Of a stretch of 64,000 nucleotides of DNA, positions 40,201-53,545 are shown piece after piece. Under the pieces are notes generated by a model. The model did not search any database, was not told the origin of the DNA, and saw nothing but the letters and a program-made list of their open reading frames with translations. The translations under genes were made by a program, and so were the position numbers. Origin of the DNA: Octopus vulgaris (taxonomy: Eukaryota); NCBI GenBank assembly GCA_951406725.2, contig OX597842.1:16616001-16680000 (forward strand). The letters run 5' to 3'. Numbering within the stretch: position 1 is the stretch's first letter; the number at the start of each line of letters is the position of its first letter.

Positions 40201-43200
40201 CGGCAGTTTGTTCCATGCTTCAGCTTGTGTATGGAGGGGAGAAAATCAGGTGTAGTGTTGGCGAATCTCAGGAAGCATGGAAGTTTTGAAGGATGCAGTG
40301 CTCCAACAACTAACAACTGATGCCGGCAGTTTGTTCCATGCTTCAGCTTGTGTATGGAGGGGAGAAAATCAGGTGTAGTGTTGGCGAATCTCAGGAAGCA
40401 TGGAAGTTTTGAAGGATGCAGTGCTCCAACAACTAACAACTGATGCCGGCAGTTTGTTCCATGCTTCAGCTTGTGTATGGAGGGGAGAAAATCAGGTGTA
40501 GTGTTGGCGAATCTCAGGAAGCATGGAAGTTTTGAAGGATGCAGTGCTCCAACAACTAACAACTGATGCCGGCAGTTTGTTCCATGCTTCAGCTTGTGTA
40601 TGGAGGGGAGAAAATCAGGTGTAGTGTTGGCGAATCTCAGGAAGCATGGAAGTTTTGAAGGATGCAGTGCTCCAACAACTAACAACTGATGCCGGCAGTT
40701 TGTTCCATGCTTCAGCTTGTGTATGGAGGGGAGAAAATCAGGTGTAGTGTTGGCGAATCTCAGGAAGCATGGAAGTTTTGAAGGATGCAGTGCTCCAACA
40801 ACTAACAACTGATGCCGGCAGTTTGTTCCATGCTTCAGCTTGTGTATGGAGGGGAGAAAATCAGGTGTAGTGTTGGCGAATCTCAGGAAGCATGGAAGTT
40901 TTGAAGGATGCAGTGCTCCAACAACTAACAACTGATGCCGGCAGCTTGTTCCATGCTTCAGCTTGTGTATGGAGGGAGAAAATCAGGTGTAGTGTTGGCG
41001 AATCTCAGGAAGCATGGAAGTTTTGAAGGATGCAGTGCTCCAACAACTAACAACTGATGCTGGCAGTTTGTTCCATGCTTCAGCTTGTGTATGGAGGGGA
41101 GAAAATCAGGTGTAGTGTTGGCGAATCTCAGGAAGCATGGAAGTTTTGAAGGATGCAGTGCTCCAACAACTAACAACTGATGCCGGCAGTTTGTTCCATG
41201 CTTCAGCTTGTGTATGGAGGGAGAAAATCAGGTGTAGTGTTGGCGAATCTCAGGAAGCATGGAAGTTTTGAAGGATGCAGTGCTCCAACAACTAACAACT
41301 GATGCCGGCAGTTTGTTCCATGCTTCAGCTTGTGTATGGAGGGGAGAAAATCAGGTGTAGTGTTGGCGAATCTCAGGAAGCATGGAAGTTTTGAAGGATG
41401 CAGTGCTCCAACAACTAACAACTGATGCCGGCAGCTTGTTCCATGCTTCAGCTTGTGTATGGAGGGGAGAAAATCAGGTGTAGTGTTGGCGAATCTCAGG
41501 AAGCATGGAAGTTTTGAAGGATGCAGTGCTCCAACAACTAACAACTGATGCCGGCAGTTTGTTCCATGCTTCAGCCTGTGTATGGAGGGGAGAAAATTAG
41601 GTGTAGTGTTGGCGAATCTCAGGAAGCATGGAAGTTTTGAAGGATGCAGTGCTCCAACAACTAACAACTGATGCCGGCAGTTTGTTCCATGCTTCAGCTT
41701 GTGTATGGAGGGGAGAAAATCAGGTGTAGTGTTGGCGAATCTCAGGAAGCATGGAAGTTTTGAAGGATGCAGTGCTCCAACAACTAACAACTGATGCCGG
41801 CAGCTTGTTCCATGCTTCAGCTTGTGTATGGAGGGGAGAAAATCAGGTGTAGTGTTGGCGAATCTCAGGAAGCATGGAAGTTTTGAAGGATGCAGTGCTC
41901 CAACAACTAACAACTGATGCCGGCAGCTTGTTCCATGCTTCAGCTTGTGTATGGAGGGGAGAAAATCAGGTGTAGTGTTGGCGAATCTCAGGAAGCATGG
42001 AAGTTTTGAAGGATGCAGTGCTCCAACAACTAACAACTGATGCCGGCAGCTTGTTCCATGCTTCAGCTTGTGTATGGAGGGGAGAAAATCAGGTGTAGTG
42101 TTGGCGAATCTCAGGAAGCATGGAAGTTTTGAAGGATGCAGTGCTCCAACAACTAACAACTGATGCCGGCAGTTTGTTCCATGCTTCAGCTTGTGTATGG
42201 AGGGAGAAAATCAGGTGTAGTGTTGGCGAATCTCAGGAAGCATGGAAGTTTTGAAGGATGCAGTGCTCCAACAACTAACAACTGATGCCGGCAGCTTGTT
42301 CCATGCTTCAGCTTGTGTATGGAGGGAGAAAATCAGGTGTAGTGTTGGCGAATCTCAGGAAGCATGGAAGTTTTGAAGGATGCAGTGCTCCAACAACTAA
42401 CAACTGATGCCGGCAGTTTGTTCCATGCTTCAGCTTGTGTATTGGAGGGGAGAAAATCAGGTGTAGTGTTGGCGAATCTCAGGAAGCATGGAAGTTTTGA
42501 AGGATGCAGTGCTCCAACAACTAACAACTGATGCCGGCAGTTTGTTCCATGCTTCAGCTTGTGTATGGAGGGAGAAAATCAGGTGTAGTGTTGGCGAATC
42601 TCAGGAAGCATGGAAGTTTTGAAGGATGCAGTGCTCCAACAACTAACAACTGATGCCGGCAGTTTGTTCCATGCTTCAGCTTGTGTATGGAGGGGAGAAA
42701 ATCAGGTGTAGTGTTGGCGAATCTCAGGAAGCATGGAAGTTTTGAAGGATGCAGTGCTCCAACAACTAACAACTGATGCCGGCAGTTTGTTCCATGCTTC
42801 AGCTTGTGTATGGAGGGGAGAAAATCAGGTGTAGTGTTGGCGAATCTCAGGAAGCATGGAAGTTTTGAAGGATGCAGTGCTCCAACAACTAACAACTGAT
42901 GCCGGCAGCTTGTTCCATGCTTCAGCTTGTGTATGGAGGGGAGAAAATCAGGTGTAGTGTTGGCGAATCTCAGGAAGCATGGAAGTTTTGAAGGATGCAG
43001 TGCTCCAACAACTAACAACTGATGCCGGCAGTTTGTTCCATGCTTCAGCTTGTGTATGGAGGGGAGAAAATCAGGTGTAGTGTTGGCGAATCTCAGGAAG
43101 CATGGAAGTTTTGAAGGATGCAGTGCTCCAACAACTAACAACTGATGCCGGCAGTTTGTTCCATGCTTCAGCTTGTGTATGGAGGGGAGAAAATCAGGTG

Positions 43201-43543
43201 TAGTGTTGGCGAATCTCAGGAAGCATGGAAGTTTTGAAGGATGCAGTGCTCCAACAACTAACAACTGATGCCGGCAGCTTGTTCCATGCTTCAGCTTGTG
43301 TATGGAGGGGAGAAAATCAGGTGTAGTGTTGGCGAATCTCAGGAAGCATGGAAGTTTTGAAGGATGCAGTGCTCCAACAACTAACAACTGATGCCGGCAG
43401 TTTGTTCCATGCTTCAGCTTGTGTATGGAGGGGAGAAAATCAGGTGTAGTGTTGGCGAATCTCAGGAAGCATGGAAGTTTTGAAGGATGCAGTGCTCCAA
43501 CAACTAACAACTGATGCCGGCAGTTTGTTCCATGCTTCAGCTT
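28078..43543. repeat. 123-bp satellite array, ~126 near-identical units
   Basis: Unit GTGTATGGAGGGGAGAAAATCAGGTGTAGTGTTGGCG...TTCCATGCTTCAGCTT; copy number estimated as length/123. Confidence 0.98.
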
Positions 43544-43576
43544 TGTAAACATGTCCATGGGTGTTAGATGGGTGGA

Positions 43577-43840
43577 GTTATGACGATGAGGGTTCCAGAT
43601 TATCTGATCAACAGAACAGCTTGCTCGTGAAATTAACATGCAAGTGGCTGAGCATTCCACAGACACGCGTACCCTTAACGTAGTTCTCGGGGGGAGATAG
43701 AGTGAGAGAAAGCTGTGGTGAAAGAGTACGGCAGGGTTCACCTTGCTCAAGAACACAACACGGAGCCCGGTCCGGGATTCGAGCTCACAACCTCACGATC
43801 GTAAGCTCGACGCTCTAACCACTGAGCCACGCGCCTTCAC
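43577..43840 (-). mobile_element. 5' part of a tRNA-derived SINE (family B-related) interrupted by the LINE/satellite
   Basis: Head GGCGCGTGGCTCAGTGGTTAGAGCG...GCTCGAATCCC; its last ~19 nt lie at 27919-27937. Confidence 0.75.
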
Positions 43841-44070
43841 CACTAAAATGATGCTTGTCAGAAGTTATAAACAACTCATAAATAAGAGCAAAAGAAATTG
43901 GACCAATTCGGTGATGACGGAATTTTTAGAAATTTGTCAGCTTGCTTTGAGACACAAACTTTTAGTAATTAATTATATGTGGTTATTGACAATTTGAAGT
44001 CTATTTCTCGGCTTATTTGGCATAGGAATTTTTTTCTTTTCCCCTTATTTATAAGTTGTATATATATATA

Positions 44071-44636
44071 CTAGCAGTATTGCCTGGCGTTGCTCGGGTT
44101 TGTAAGGGAAAGAATCATAACTATATAAGCATTAGCTTCCCCTATAGATGCCAATTGACTTATTCCCTGTATAGATGCCAATTCGGCTCACAACCTCACG
44201 ATCTTAGCCATTTCTGTTTTGGTGTCTTCGGTGATGACGAAGCCATGAAGTCGTTGTTCTAAAAGAATTTTTTTCTTTGCTGGTCTCCTTGACAGCGCTT
44301 TACGACGTTGTGTCTGATTTCCTTACACTCCCTTCCCCACAGCTTCACGAGGGAGGGAAGAAGCAAACAGGTGCAGGTGTGACCATGGACGCCAACTCCG
44401 CCGCCATTGAAACACGAAAAATTATGCATTAAAATGGGATAAAAAAAATGATGTTAAATTATTTTTAAAATCGTAGACTCATCATAGACGCGCGCTAATA
44501 CTCATACAGGCTCGATATGAATCACGACTATAAGATACCCGAATTTGATTAAACTGCACCGCAAAATGCGGGAGTAGTTAGGAATCTAAATCGAAGGGGA
44601 CAGACACTCACACAACTACAGTTTTATATATATAGA
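44071..44636 (-). mobile_element. Non-autonomous Helitron-like element
   Basis: Same termini as 11401-11790 (TC-TATATAT start; CCCGAGCAACGCCAGG..CTAG end) but a different interior. Confidence 0.7.
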
Positions 44637-44637
44637 T

Positions 44638-45488
44638 ATGTGGGCCGTGACTGCTGAGGATATGCATAAGCTCGCAAGAAATGAAGCCAGTATGCTCCGA
44701 TGGATGTGTAATGTCAGTGTTCATACTCGACAGAGTGTAAGTACCTTGAGAGAAAAGTTGGACCTAAGAAGAATCAGTTGTGGTGTGCAAGAGAGATATT
44801 TGCACTGGTATGGTCATGTGGCGAGAATGGATGAAGATAGTTGTGTGAAAAAGTGTCACACCCTGGCGGTTGAGAGAACCTGTGGAAGAGGCAGACCCAG
44901 GAAAACCTGGGACGAGGTGGTGAAGCACGACCTTCGAACTTTAGGTCTCACCGAGGAAATGACTAGAGACCGAGACCTTTGGAAGTATGCTGTGCGTGAG
45001 AAGACCTGGCAGGACAAGTGAGACCATAACCCATGGCTTCAGTCCACTTATGCATACCTTTTCTTCTTGGGACACAAAACTCTACTTGTGAAGACCTGTT
45101 GAGGCAAGTGAAATCAAAAGCTAATTCGATCAACATCAATGGAAATTGTAGCTGTGATACCAGTGCCGATGGCACATAAGAGAACCATCCGAACGTGGCC
45201 GTTGCCAGCGACGCCCCAACTGGCTTCTGTGCCGGTGGCACGTAAAAAGCACCACCCGACCGTGGCCGTTTGCCAGCCTCGTCTGGCACCTATGCCAGTG
45301 GCACATAAAAGGCAACCACTACACTCATGGAGTGGTTGGCGTTAGGAAGGGCATCCAGCTGTAGAAACATTGCCAGATCAGACTGGGCCTGGTGCAGCCT
45401 CCTGGCTTCCTAGACCACAGTTGCACCGTCCAACCCATGCCAGCATGGAAAGCGGACGCTAAACGTCTATGATGATGATGATGATGAT
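44638..45488 (+). mobile_element. 5'-truncated RTE-clade LINE: ORF2 C-terminal 127 aa, 3' UTR and (GAT)n tail
   Basis: MLRWMC...LHWYGHVARM...GRGRPRKTWDEVVKHDL motifs typical of the RTE ORF2 C-terminus. Confidence 0.88.
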
Positions 45489-45665
45489 ACATAAGTTCAG
45501 CAAAATTTAGATTCAGATGAATATTCTATGTGACTGAAGAGTGGTCTATATTTTAAAACTGATATAATACTTACATTGTTTAATTAAATGAAGTAGCATG
45601 AAACGATTGTACTACACTACCTTGGATATCCTTGTTGCTTATTTTGATTATATATATACATATAC

Positions 45666-45696
<31 letters not shown>

Positions 45697-45750
45697 TTGC
45701 TATATACATACTGGTACACACACATGCATGTGTGTGTGTATGTATGTATA

Positions 45751-46122
45751 TCTCTCTATATATAAACGGCAGTTTGTCTGTGTGTCTGTTAGGTTGTACC
45801 CTCACCCTGACCACGGCTTTCAACTGATTCTGATGAAACTTGATACACACATAGCCCAATGTCATAATTCAAAACTAATGCACCGAAAATTTTGAAAAGT
45901 TCCCCCAGTTCTGAAAAAAATCGATAAATTCGACATGGGGTCGAGAATCAGAAACACAAACCACAGACTGTCTAGGGGACGCAACTCGACCTTTTAACTC
46001 TCAAAAAAAAATTTACCATCATTTTCCCCCCATTTTTTTGCTATTTTTTGGCTATAACTCTCTAAAAATGCTTTATAGTTATTTCCCTTACAAACCCGAG
46101 CAACGCCGGGCGATACTGCTAG
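45751..46122 (+). mobile_element. Non-autonomous Helitron-like element
   Basis: A|TCTCTCTATATATAAA ... CCCGAGCAACGCCGGGCGATACTGCTAG|T. Confidence 0.75.
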
Positions 46123-46371
46123 TATATATATAAGACGTAAAGGGGATTAATAAATCCAAACAATTATCTAGAAAGCACTCAGTAATTAAGTGAACTTGGT
46201 TAACGACATCAAACAATCAGATACTAATAAATGCAGGTAGAATTAATATCCAAGATAATTCCAGGTGTATGATAAGTAAACCTTAATATTATTTAGAAAA
46301 ATTTCAAGAATCTGCAGTTTATAACATTAACAACGTTTGTGTATGTATATATGTGTGTGTGTTTATATTAC

Positions 46372-46975
46372 TCTCTTTTACTCGTTTCAGTCATTTGACT
46401 GTGGCCATGCTGGAGCACCACCTTTTAATCGAGCAAATCGACCCCGGGACTTATTCTTTGTAAGCCCAGTACTTATTCTATCGGTCTCTTTTCTCTTTTA
46501 CTTGTTTCAGTCATTTGACTGCGGGCCATGCTGGAGCACCGCCTTTTAATCAAGCAAATCGACCCCGGGACTTATTCTTTGTAAGCCCAGTTCTTATTCT
46601 ATCGGTCTCTTTTCTCTTTTACTTGTTTCAGTCATTTGACTGCGGCCATGCTGGAGCACCGCCTTTTAGTCAAGCAAATCGACCCCGGGACTTATTCTTT
46701 GTAAGCCCAGTACTTATTCTATCGGTCTCTTTTCTCTTTTACTTGTTTCAGTCATTTGACTGCGGCCATGCTGAGCACCGCCTTTTAGTCAAGCAAATCG
46801 ACCCCGGGACTTATTCTTTGTAAGCCCAGTACTTATTCTATCGGTCTCTTTTCTCTTTTACTTGTTTCAGTCATTTGACTGCGGCCATGCTGGACCGCCT
46901 TTTAGTCAAGCAAATCGACTCCCGGGACTTAGTCTTTGTAAGCCCAGTACTTATTCTATCGGTCTCTTTTGCCGA
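46372..46975 (-). repeat. Tandem ~119-bp repeats of the SINE-A tail (5 units)
   Basis: Directly visible and continuous with a complete SINE-A to ~47236; seen again at 49757-50070. Confidence 0.9.
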
Positions 46976-47235
46976 ACCGCTACGGGGACGTAAACACACC
47001 AGCATCGGTTGTCAAGCAATGCTAGGGGGACAAACACAGACACACAAACATATACACATACATATATATATACGACAGGCTTCTTTCAGTTTCCGTCTAC
47101 CAAATCCACTCACAAGGCATTGGTCGGCCCAAAGCTATAGCAGAAGGCACTTACCCAAGATGCCAAGCAGTGGGACTGAACCCGGAACCATGTGGTTAGT
47201 TAGCAAGCTACTTACCACACAGCCACTCCTGCACC

Positions 47236-47269
<34 letters not shown>

Positions 47270-48399
47270 CATATATATATATATGTATATATATATATAA
47301 AATGAATTAGAGATAAAACCACTATTATGCAACTCAAACAGTGATAGACATAAACCAATACATAAATAACAAATAATATAAATATAATTAATCATCATCA
47401 TCGTCTAACGTCCGTTCTCCATGCTAGCATGGGTTGGACGCTAATATTATTATTATATATATATATATTCTCCCTAATATTATTATCATTATATATATAT
47501 AATGGCCGTTTGCCAGCCTCATCTGGCATCTGTGCCGGTGGCATGTAAAAAGCACCCACTACACTCACGGAGTGGTTGGCGTTAGGAAGGGCATCCAGCC
47601 ATAGAAACACTGCCAGATCAGACTGGGCCTGGTGCAGCCTTCGGGCTTCCCAGACCCCAGTTGAACCGTCCAACCCATGCTAGCATGGATAGCGGACGCT
47701 AAACGAAGATGATGATGATGATATATATATATATAATTATTATTTGAGGGAATAAAATCCTAAACTTACAAGGAAAAAAATTTCAATTTAGAAATACTAA
47801 ATCAAATTTCACACAAAATAATATATATATATATATACTCTCTCTCTTTTACTTGTTTCAGTCATTTGACTGCGGCCATGCTGGAGCACCACCTTTAATC
47901 GAGCAACTCGACCCCGGAACTTATTCTTTTGTAAGCCCAGTACTTATTCTATTGGTCTCTTTTGCCGAACCGCTAAGTGACGGGGACGTAAACACACCAG
48001 CATCGGTTGTTAAGCAATGCTGGGGGACAAACACAGACACACACATATATATATATATATACGACAAGCTTCTTTCAGTTTCCATCTACCAAATCCACTC
48101 ACAAGGCATTGGTTGGCCCGGGGCTATAGCAGAAGACACTTGCCCAAGATGCCACACAGTGGGACTGAACCCGGAACCATGTGGTTGGTAAGCAAGCTAC
48201 TTACCACACAGCCACTCCTGAAATTTGAATTGATAAAAGGTGTTCTTTTTTCTAATTTTATATATATATTATTTAGTAAGAAAATGGAAAGATTTAACGG
48301 ATATAAATTAATTTAGGTTCTTATAAACTCTACATTTGGAATGAGCCATTTTAAATTCTGTCGCATTTTACTCATAAGGTCTTGGAATCTTACATATAT

Positions 48400-49310
48400 A
48401 CCTATTTCTTTACTACCCACAAGGGGCTAAACACAGAGGGGACAAACAAGGACAGACACATGGATTAAGTCGATTACATCGACCCCAGAGCATAACTGGT
48501 ACTTAATTTATCGACTCCGAAAGGATGAAAGGCAAAGTCGACCTCAGTGGAATTTGAAGTCAGAACGTAGCGGCAGACGAAATACCTATTTCTTTACTAC
48601 CCACAAGGGGCTAAACACAGACAGACACATGGATTAAGTTGATTACATCGACTGCAGTGCATAACTGGTACTTAATTTATCGACCCCGAAAGGATGAAAG
48701 GCAAAGTCGATCTCAGCGGAATTTGAACTCAGAATGTAGCGGCAGACGAAATACCTATTTCTTTACTACCCACAAGGGGCTAAACACAGACAGACACATG
48801 GATTAAGTCGATTACATCGACTGCAGTGCATAACTGGTACTTAATTTATCGACCTCGAAAGGATGAAAGGCAAAGTCGACCTCAGCGGAATTTGAACTCA
48901 GAATGTAGCGGCAGACGAAATACCTATTTCTTTACTACCCACAAGGGGCTAAACACAGACAGACACATGGATTAAGTCGATTACATCGACTGCAGTGCAT
49001 AACTGGTACTTAATTTATCGACCCCGAAAGGATGAAAGGCAAAGTCGACCTCAGCGGAATTTGAACTCAGAATGTAGCGGCAGACGAAATACCTATTTCT
49101 TTACTACCCACAAGGGGCTAAACACAAACAAGACAGACACATGGATTAAGTCGATTACATCGACTGCAGTGCATAACTGGTACTTAATTTATCGACCTCG
49201 AAAGGATGAAAGGCAAAGTCGACCTCAGCGGAATTTGAACTCAGAACATAACAGCAGACGAAATACAGCTATGCATTTCACCCGGTGTGGTAATGATTCT
49301 GCCAGCTCAC
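48400..49310 (-). repeat. Tandem ~168-184-bp repeats of the SINE-C body (5 units)
   Basis: CCTATTTCTTTACTACCCACAAGGGG...GCAGACGAAATA repeated; second array at ~51500-52420. Confidence 0.9.
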
Positions 49311-49656
49311 CATTTACATGTATACCATTTTGCCTAAAAAATGGATCTACAACTTCAATATCCCTACATAATTTCACATCTATTTTCTTTTCTCGAAAGG
49401 ATGAAAGGCAAAGTCGACCTCAGCTTTGAACTCAGAATGTAGCGGCAGACGAAATTGTATCCTATCTAAATTAACTATTATTTAACCATCCTCTCACACC
49501 ATCTCCGATGAAGGGATATAATTACAAATATCCTAGAAACAGCTGTAAGACCTTCTATCAATAAATGTTCTAATATCTACACAGCCTTGGTTTTTTACTC
49601 ATTATGCAAAAAATTCTTATATAAATTAATTTGTTACTTAGCATTGGCGTAGGAGT

Positions 49657-49756
49657 NNNNNNNNNNNNNNNNNNNNNNNNNNNNNNNNNNNNNNNNNNNN
49701 NNNNNNNNNNNNNNNNNNNNNNNNNNNNNNNNNNNNNNNNNNNNNNNNNNNNNNNN
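49657..49756. other. Assembly gap (100 N)
   Basis: Run of exactly 100 N. Confidence 0.99.
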
Positions 49757-50337
49757 TTTTAGTCAAGCAAATCGACCCCGGGACTTATTCTTTGTAAGCC
49801 CAGTACTTATTCTATCGGTCTCTTTTCTCTTTTACTTGTTTCAGTCATTTGACTGCGGCCATGCTGGAGCACCGCCTTTTAGTCAAGCAAATCGACCCCG
49901 GGACTTATTCTTTGTAAGCCCAGTACTTATTCTATCGGTCTCTTTTCTCTTTTACTTGTTTCAGTCATTTGACTGCGGCCATGCTGGAGCACCGCCTTTT
50001 AGTCAAGCAAATCGACTCCCGGGACTTAGTCTTTGTAAGCCCAGTACTTATTCTATCGGTCTCTTTTGCCGAACCGCTAAGTGACGGGGACGTAAACACA
50101 CCAGCATCGGTTGTCAAGCAATGCTAGGGGGACAAACACAGACACACAAACATATACACATACATATATATATACGACAGGCTTCTTTCAGTTTCCGTCT
50201 ACCAAATCCACTCACAAGGCATTGGTCGGCCCAGGGCTATAGCAGAAGACACTTGCCCATGATGCCAAGCAGTGGGACTGAACCCGGAACCATGTGGTTA
50301 GTTAGCAAGCTACTTACCACACAGCCACTCCTGCACC

Positions 50338-50371
<34 letters not shown>

Positions 50372-53300
50372 CATATATATATATATGTATATATATATAT
50401 AAAATGAATTAGAGATAAAACCACTATTATGCAACTCAAACAGTGATAGACATAAACCAATACATAAATAACAAATAATATAAATATAATTAATCATCAT
50501 CATCGTCTAACGTCCGTTCTCCATGCTAGCATGGGTTGGACGCTAATATTATTATTATATATATATATATTCTCCCTAATATTATTATCATTATATATAT
50601 ATAATGGCCGTTTGCCAGCCTCATCTGGCATCTGTGCCGGTGGCATGTAAAAAGCACCCACTACACTCACGGAGTGGTTGGCGTTAGGAAGGGCATCCAG
50701 CCATAGAAACACTGCCAGATCAGACTGGGCCTGGTGCAGCCTTCGGGCTTCCCAGACCCCAGTTGAACCGTCCAACCCATGCTAGCATGGATAGCGGACG
50801 CTAAACGAAGATGATGATGATGATATATATATATATATAATTATTATTTGAGGGAATAAAATCCTAAACTTACAAGGAAAAAAATTTCAATTTAGAAATA
50901 CTAAATCAAATTTCACACAAAATAATATATACTCTTACTCTCTCTTGTTACTTGTTTCAGTCATTTGACTGCGGCCATGCTGGAGCACCACCTTTAATCG
51001 AGCAACTCGACCCCGGAACTTATTCTTTTGTAAGCCCAGTACTTATTCTATTGGTCTCTTTTGCCGAACCGCTAAGTGACGGGGACGTAAACACACCAGC
51101 ATCGGTTGTTAAGCAATGCTGGGGGACAAACACAGACACACACATATATATATATATATACGACAAGCTTCTTTCAGTTTCCATCTACCAAATCCACTCA
51201 CAAGGCATTGGTTGGCCCGGGGCTATAGCAGAAGACACTTGCCCAAGATGCCACACAGTGGGACTGAACCCGGAACCATGTGGTTGGTAAGCAAGCTACT
51301 TACCACACAGCCACTCCTGAAATTTGAATTGATAAAAGGTGTTCTTTTTTCTAATTTTATATATATATTATTTAGTAAGAAAATGGAAAGATTTAACGGA
51401 TATAAATTAATTTAGGTTCTTATAAACTCTACATTTGGAATGAGCCATTTTAAATTCTGTCGCATTTTACTCATAAGGTCTTGGAATCTTACATATATAC
51501 CTATTTCTTTACTACCCACAAGGGGCTAAACACAGAGGGGACAAACAAGGACAGACACATGGATTAAGTCGATTACATCGACCCCAGAGCATAACTGGTA
51601 CTTAATTTATCGACTCCGAAAGGATGAAAGGCAAAGTCGACCTCAGTGGAATTTGAAGTCAGAACGTAGCGGCAGACGAAATACCTATTTCTTTACTACC
51701 CACAGGGGGCTAAACACAGACAGACACATGGATTAAGTCGATTACATCGACTGCAGTGCATAACTGGTACTTAATTTATCGACCTCGAAAGGATGAAAGG
51801 CAAAGTCGACCTCAGCGGAATTTGAACTCAGAATGTAGCGGCAGACGAAATACCTATTTCTTTACTACCCACAAGGGGCTAAACACAGACAGACACATGG
51901 ATTAAGTCGATTACATCGACTGCAGTGCATAACTGGTACTTAATTTATCGACCTCGAAAGGATGAAAGGCAAAGTCGACCTCAGCGGAATTTGAACTCAG
52001 AATGTAGCGGCAGACGAAATACCTATTTCTTTACTACCCACAAGGGGCTAAACACAGACAGACACATAGATTAAGTCGATTACATCGACTGCAGTGCATA
52101 ACTGGTACTTAATTTATCGACCCCGAAAGGATGAAAGGCAAAGTCGACCTCAGCGGAATTTGAACTCAGAATGTAGCGGCAGACGAAATACCTATTTCTT
52201 TACTACCCACAAGGGGCTTAACACAGAGGGGACAAACAAGGACAGACACATGGATTAAGTCGATTACATCAACTGCAGTGCATAACTGGTACTTAATTTA
52301 TCGACCTCGAAAGGATGAAAGGCAAAGTCGACCTCAGCGGAATTTGAACTCAGAACATAACAGCAGACGAAATACAGCTATGCATTTCACCCGGTGTGGT
52401 AATGATTCTGCCAGCTCACCACATTTCTTACATGTATACCATTTTGCCTAAAAAATGGATCTACAACTTCAATATCCCTACATATCTCACATCTATTTTC
52501 TTTTCTCCACCTCACTCTCTATTTTGTATCCTATCTAAATTAACTATTATTTAACCATCCTCTCACACCATCTCCGATGAAGGGATATAATTAATAAATA
52601 TCCTAGAAACAGCTGTAAGACCTTCTATCAATAAATGTTCTAATATCTACACAGCCTTGGTTTTTTATCTCATTATGCAAAAAATTCTTATATAAATTAA
52701 TTTGTTACTTAGCATTGGCGTAGGAGTGGCTGTGTGGTAAGTAGCTTGCTAACCAACCACATGGTTCCGGGTTCAGTTCCACTGCGTGGCACCTTGGGCA
52801 AGTATCTTCTACTATAGCCTCGGGCCGACCAAAGCCTTGTGAGTGGATTTGGTAGATGGAAACTGAAAGAAGCCCGTCATATATATGTATGCATATATAT
52901 GTGTGTGTGTATGTTTGTGTGTCTGTGTTTGTCCCCCCCCCGCCCACATCGCTTGACAACCGACACTGGTGTGTTTACGTTTTGGTGTTACATTAAGCTA
53001 GTGTTAGCAACATAATTTGTGACTAAGGTTTGGTGGAAGATTTTAATTCAAAATTTATGAAAACAAGACATTTGTACTACTAAACCAGAGGTGGTTTCAG
53101 TCAGGTTGGTATCAAAAGGGTAAATTTTCAGATTTTGTTTCACTTGTTGGAAATAGCAGCCAAATCTTGTGCAAATTGAAGGCACATTTGACTGACTGTC
53201 TTTAACCCTTTTGTTACCATATTTCTGTTGAGATGCTCTGTGTTTCTTTCAATTAATTTTGCATATAACAAAGAATTTAGTAAAATAACTTAATTATCAT

Positions 53301-53545
53301 TAAGCTAGTGTTAGGAACATAAATTGTGACTAAGGTTTGGTGGAAGATTTTAATTCAAAACTTATGAATACAAGACATTTATACTAGAGAGCCAGAGGTG
53401 GTTTCAGCCGGGTTGGTATCAAAAGGGTTAACACCAAATATATAGTGCGTGTGTTTTTATTGGCTAAACTGGCAAAATGACCATTCCTAAATACAACAAT
53501 ATATAAAATATAGTTTTTACAAAAAGACTTCTGATGTTGGCACAG

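Noticed and set aside
28078-43543. CRISPR array or retrozyme/hammerhead satellite
   Set aside because: No unique spacers and no cas genes in a eukaryotic context; the monomer has CTGATGCC but no CTGANGA...GAAA core with stems on either strand.
27979-43756. Long minus-strand ORFs of 41-aa repeats (LLVVGALHPSKLPCFLRF...) as a giant repeat protein
   Set aside because: 123 is divisible by 3, so any stop-free frame propagates. The frame with recognisable homology is a different one (LINE ORF2 end). Nonsense variants occur (~28788, ~33437) along with many indels, and the first ORF starts inside a SINE.
46337-51415. Recurrent short ORFs (MLGGQTQT..., FQSFDCGHAGAPP..., MHNWYLIYRPRK...)
   Set aside because: Chance translations of SINE families A and C; variable frames and stops among copies.
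46660-52727. 3-kb tandem duplication on both sides of the gap as a biological event
   Set aside because: Near-identical copies abut a 100-N gap and quality degrades near the contig end; most likely an unmerged overlap or haplotype duplicate.
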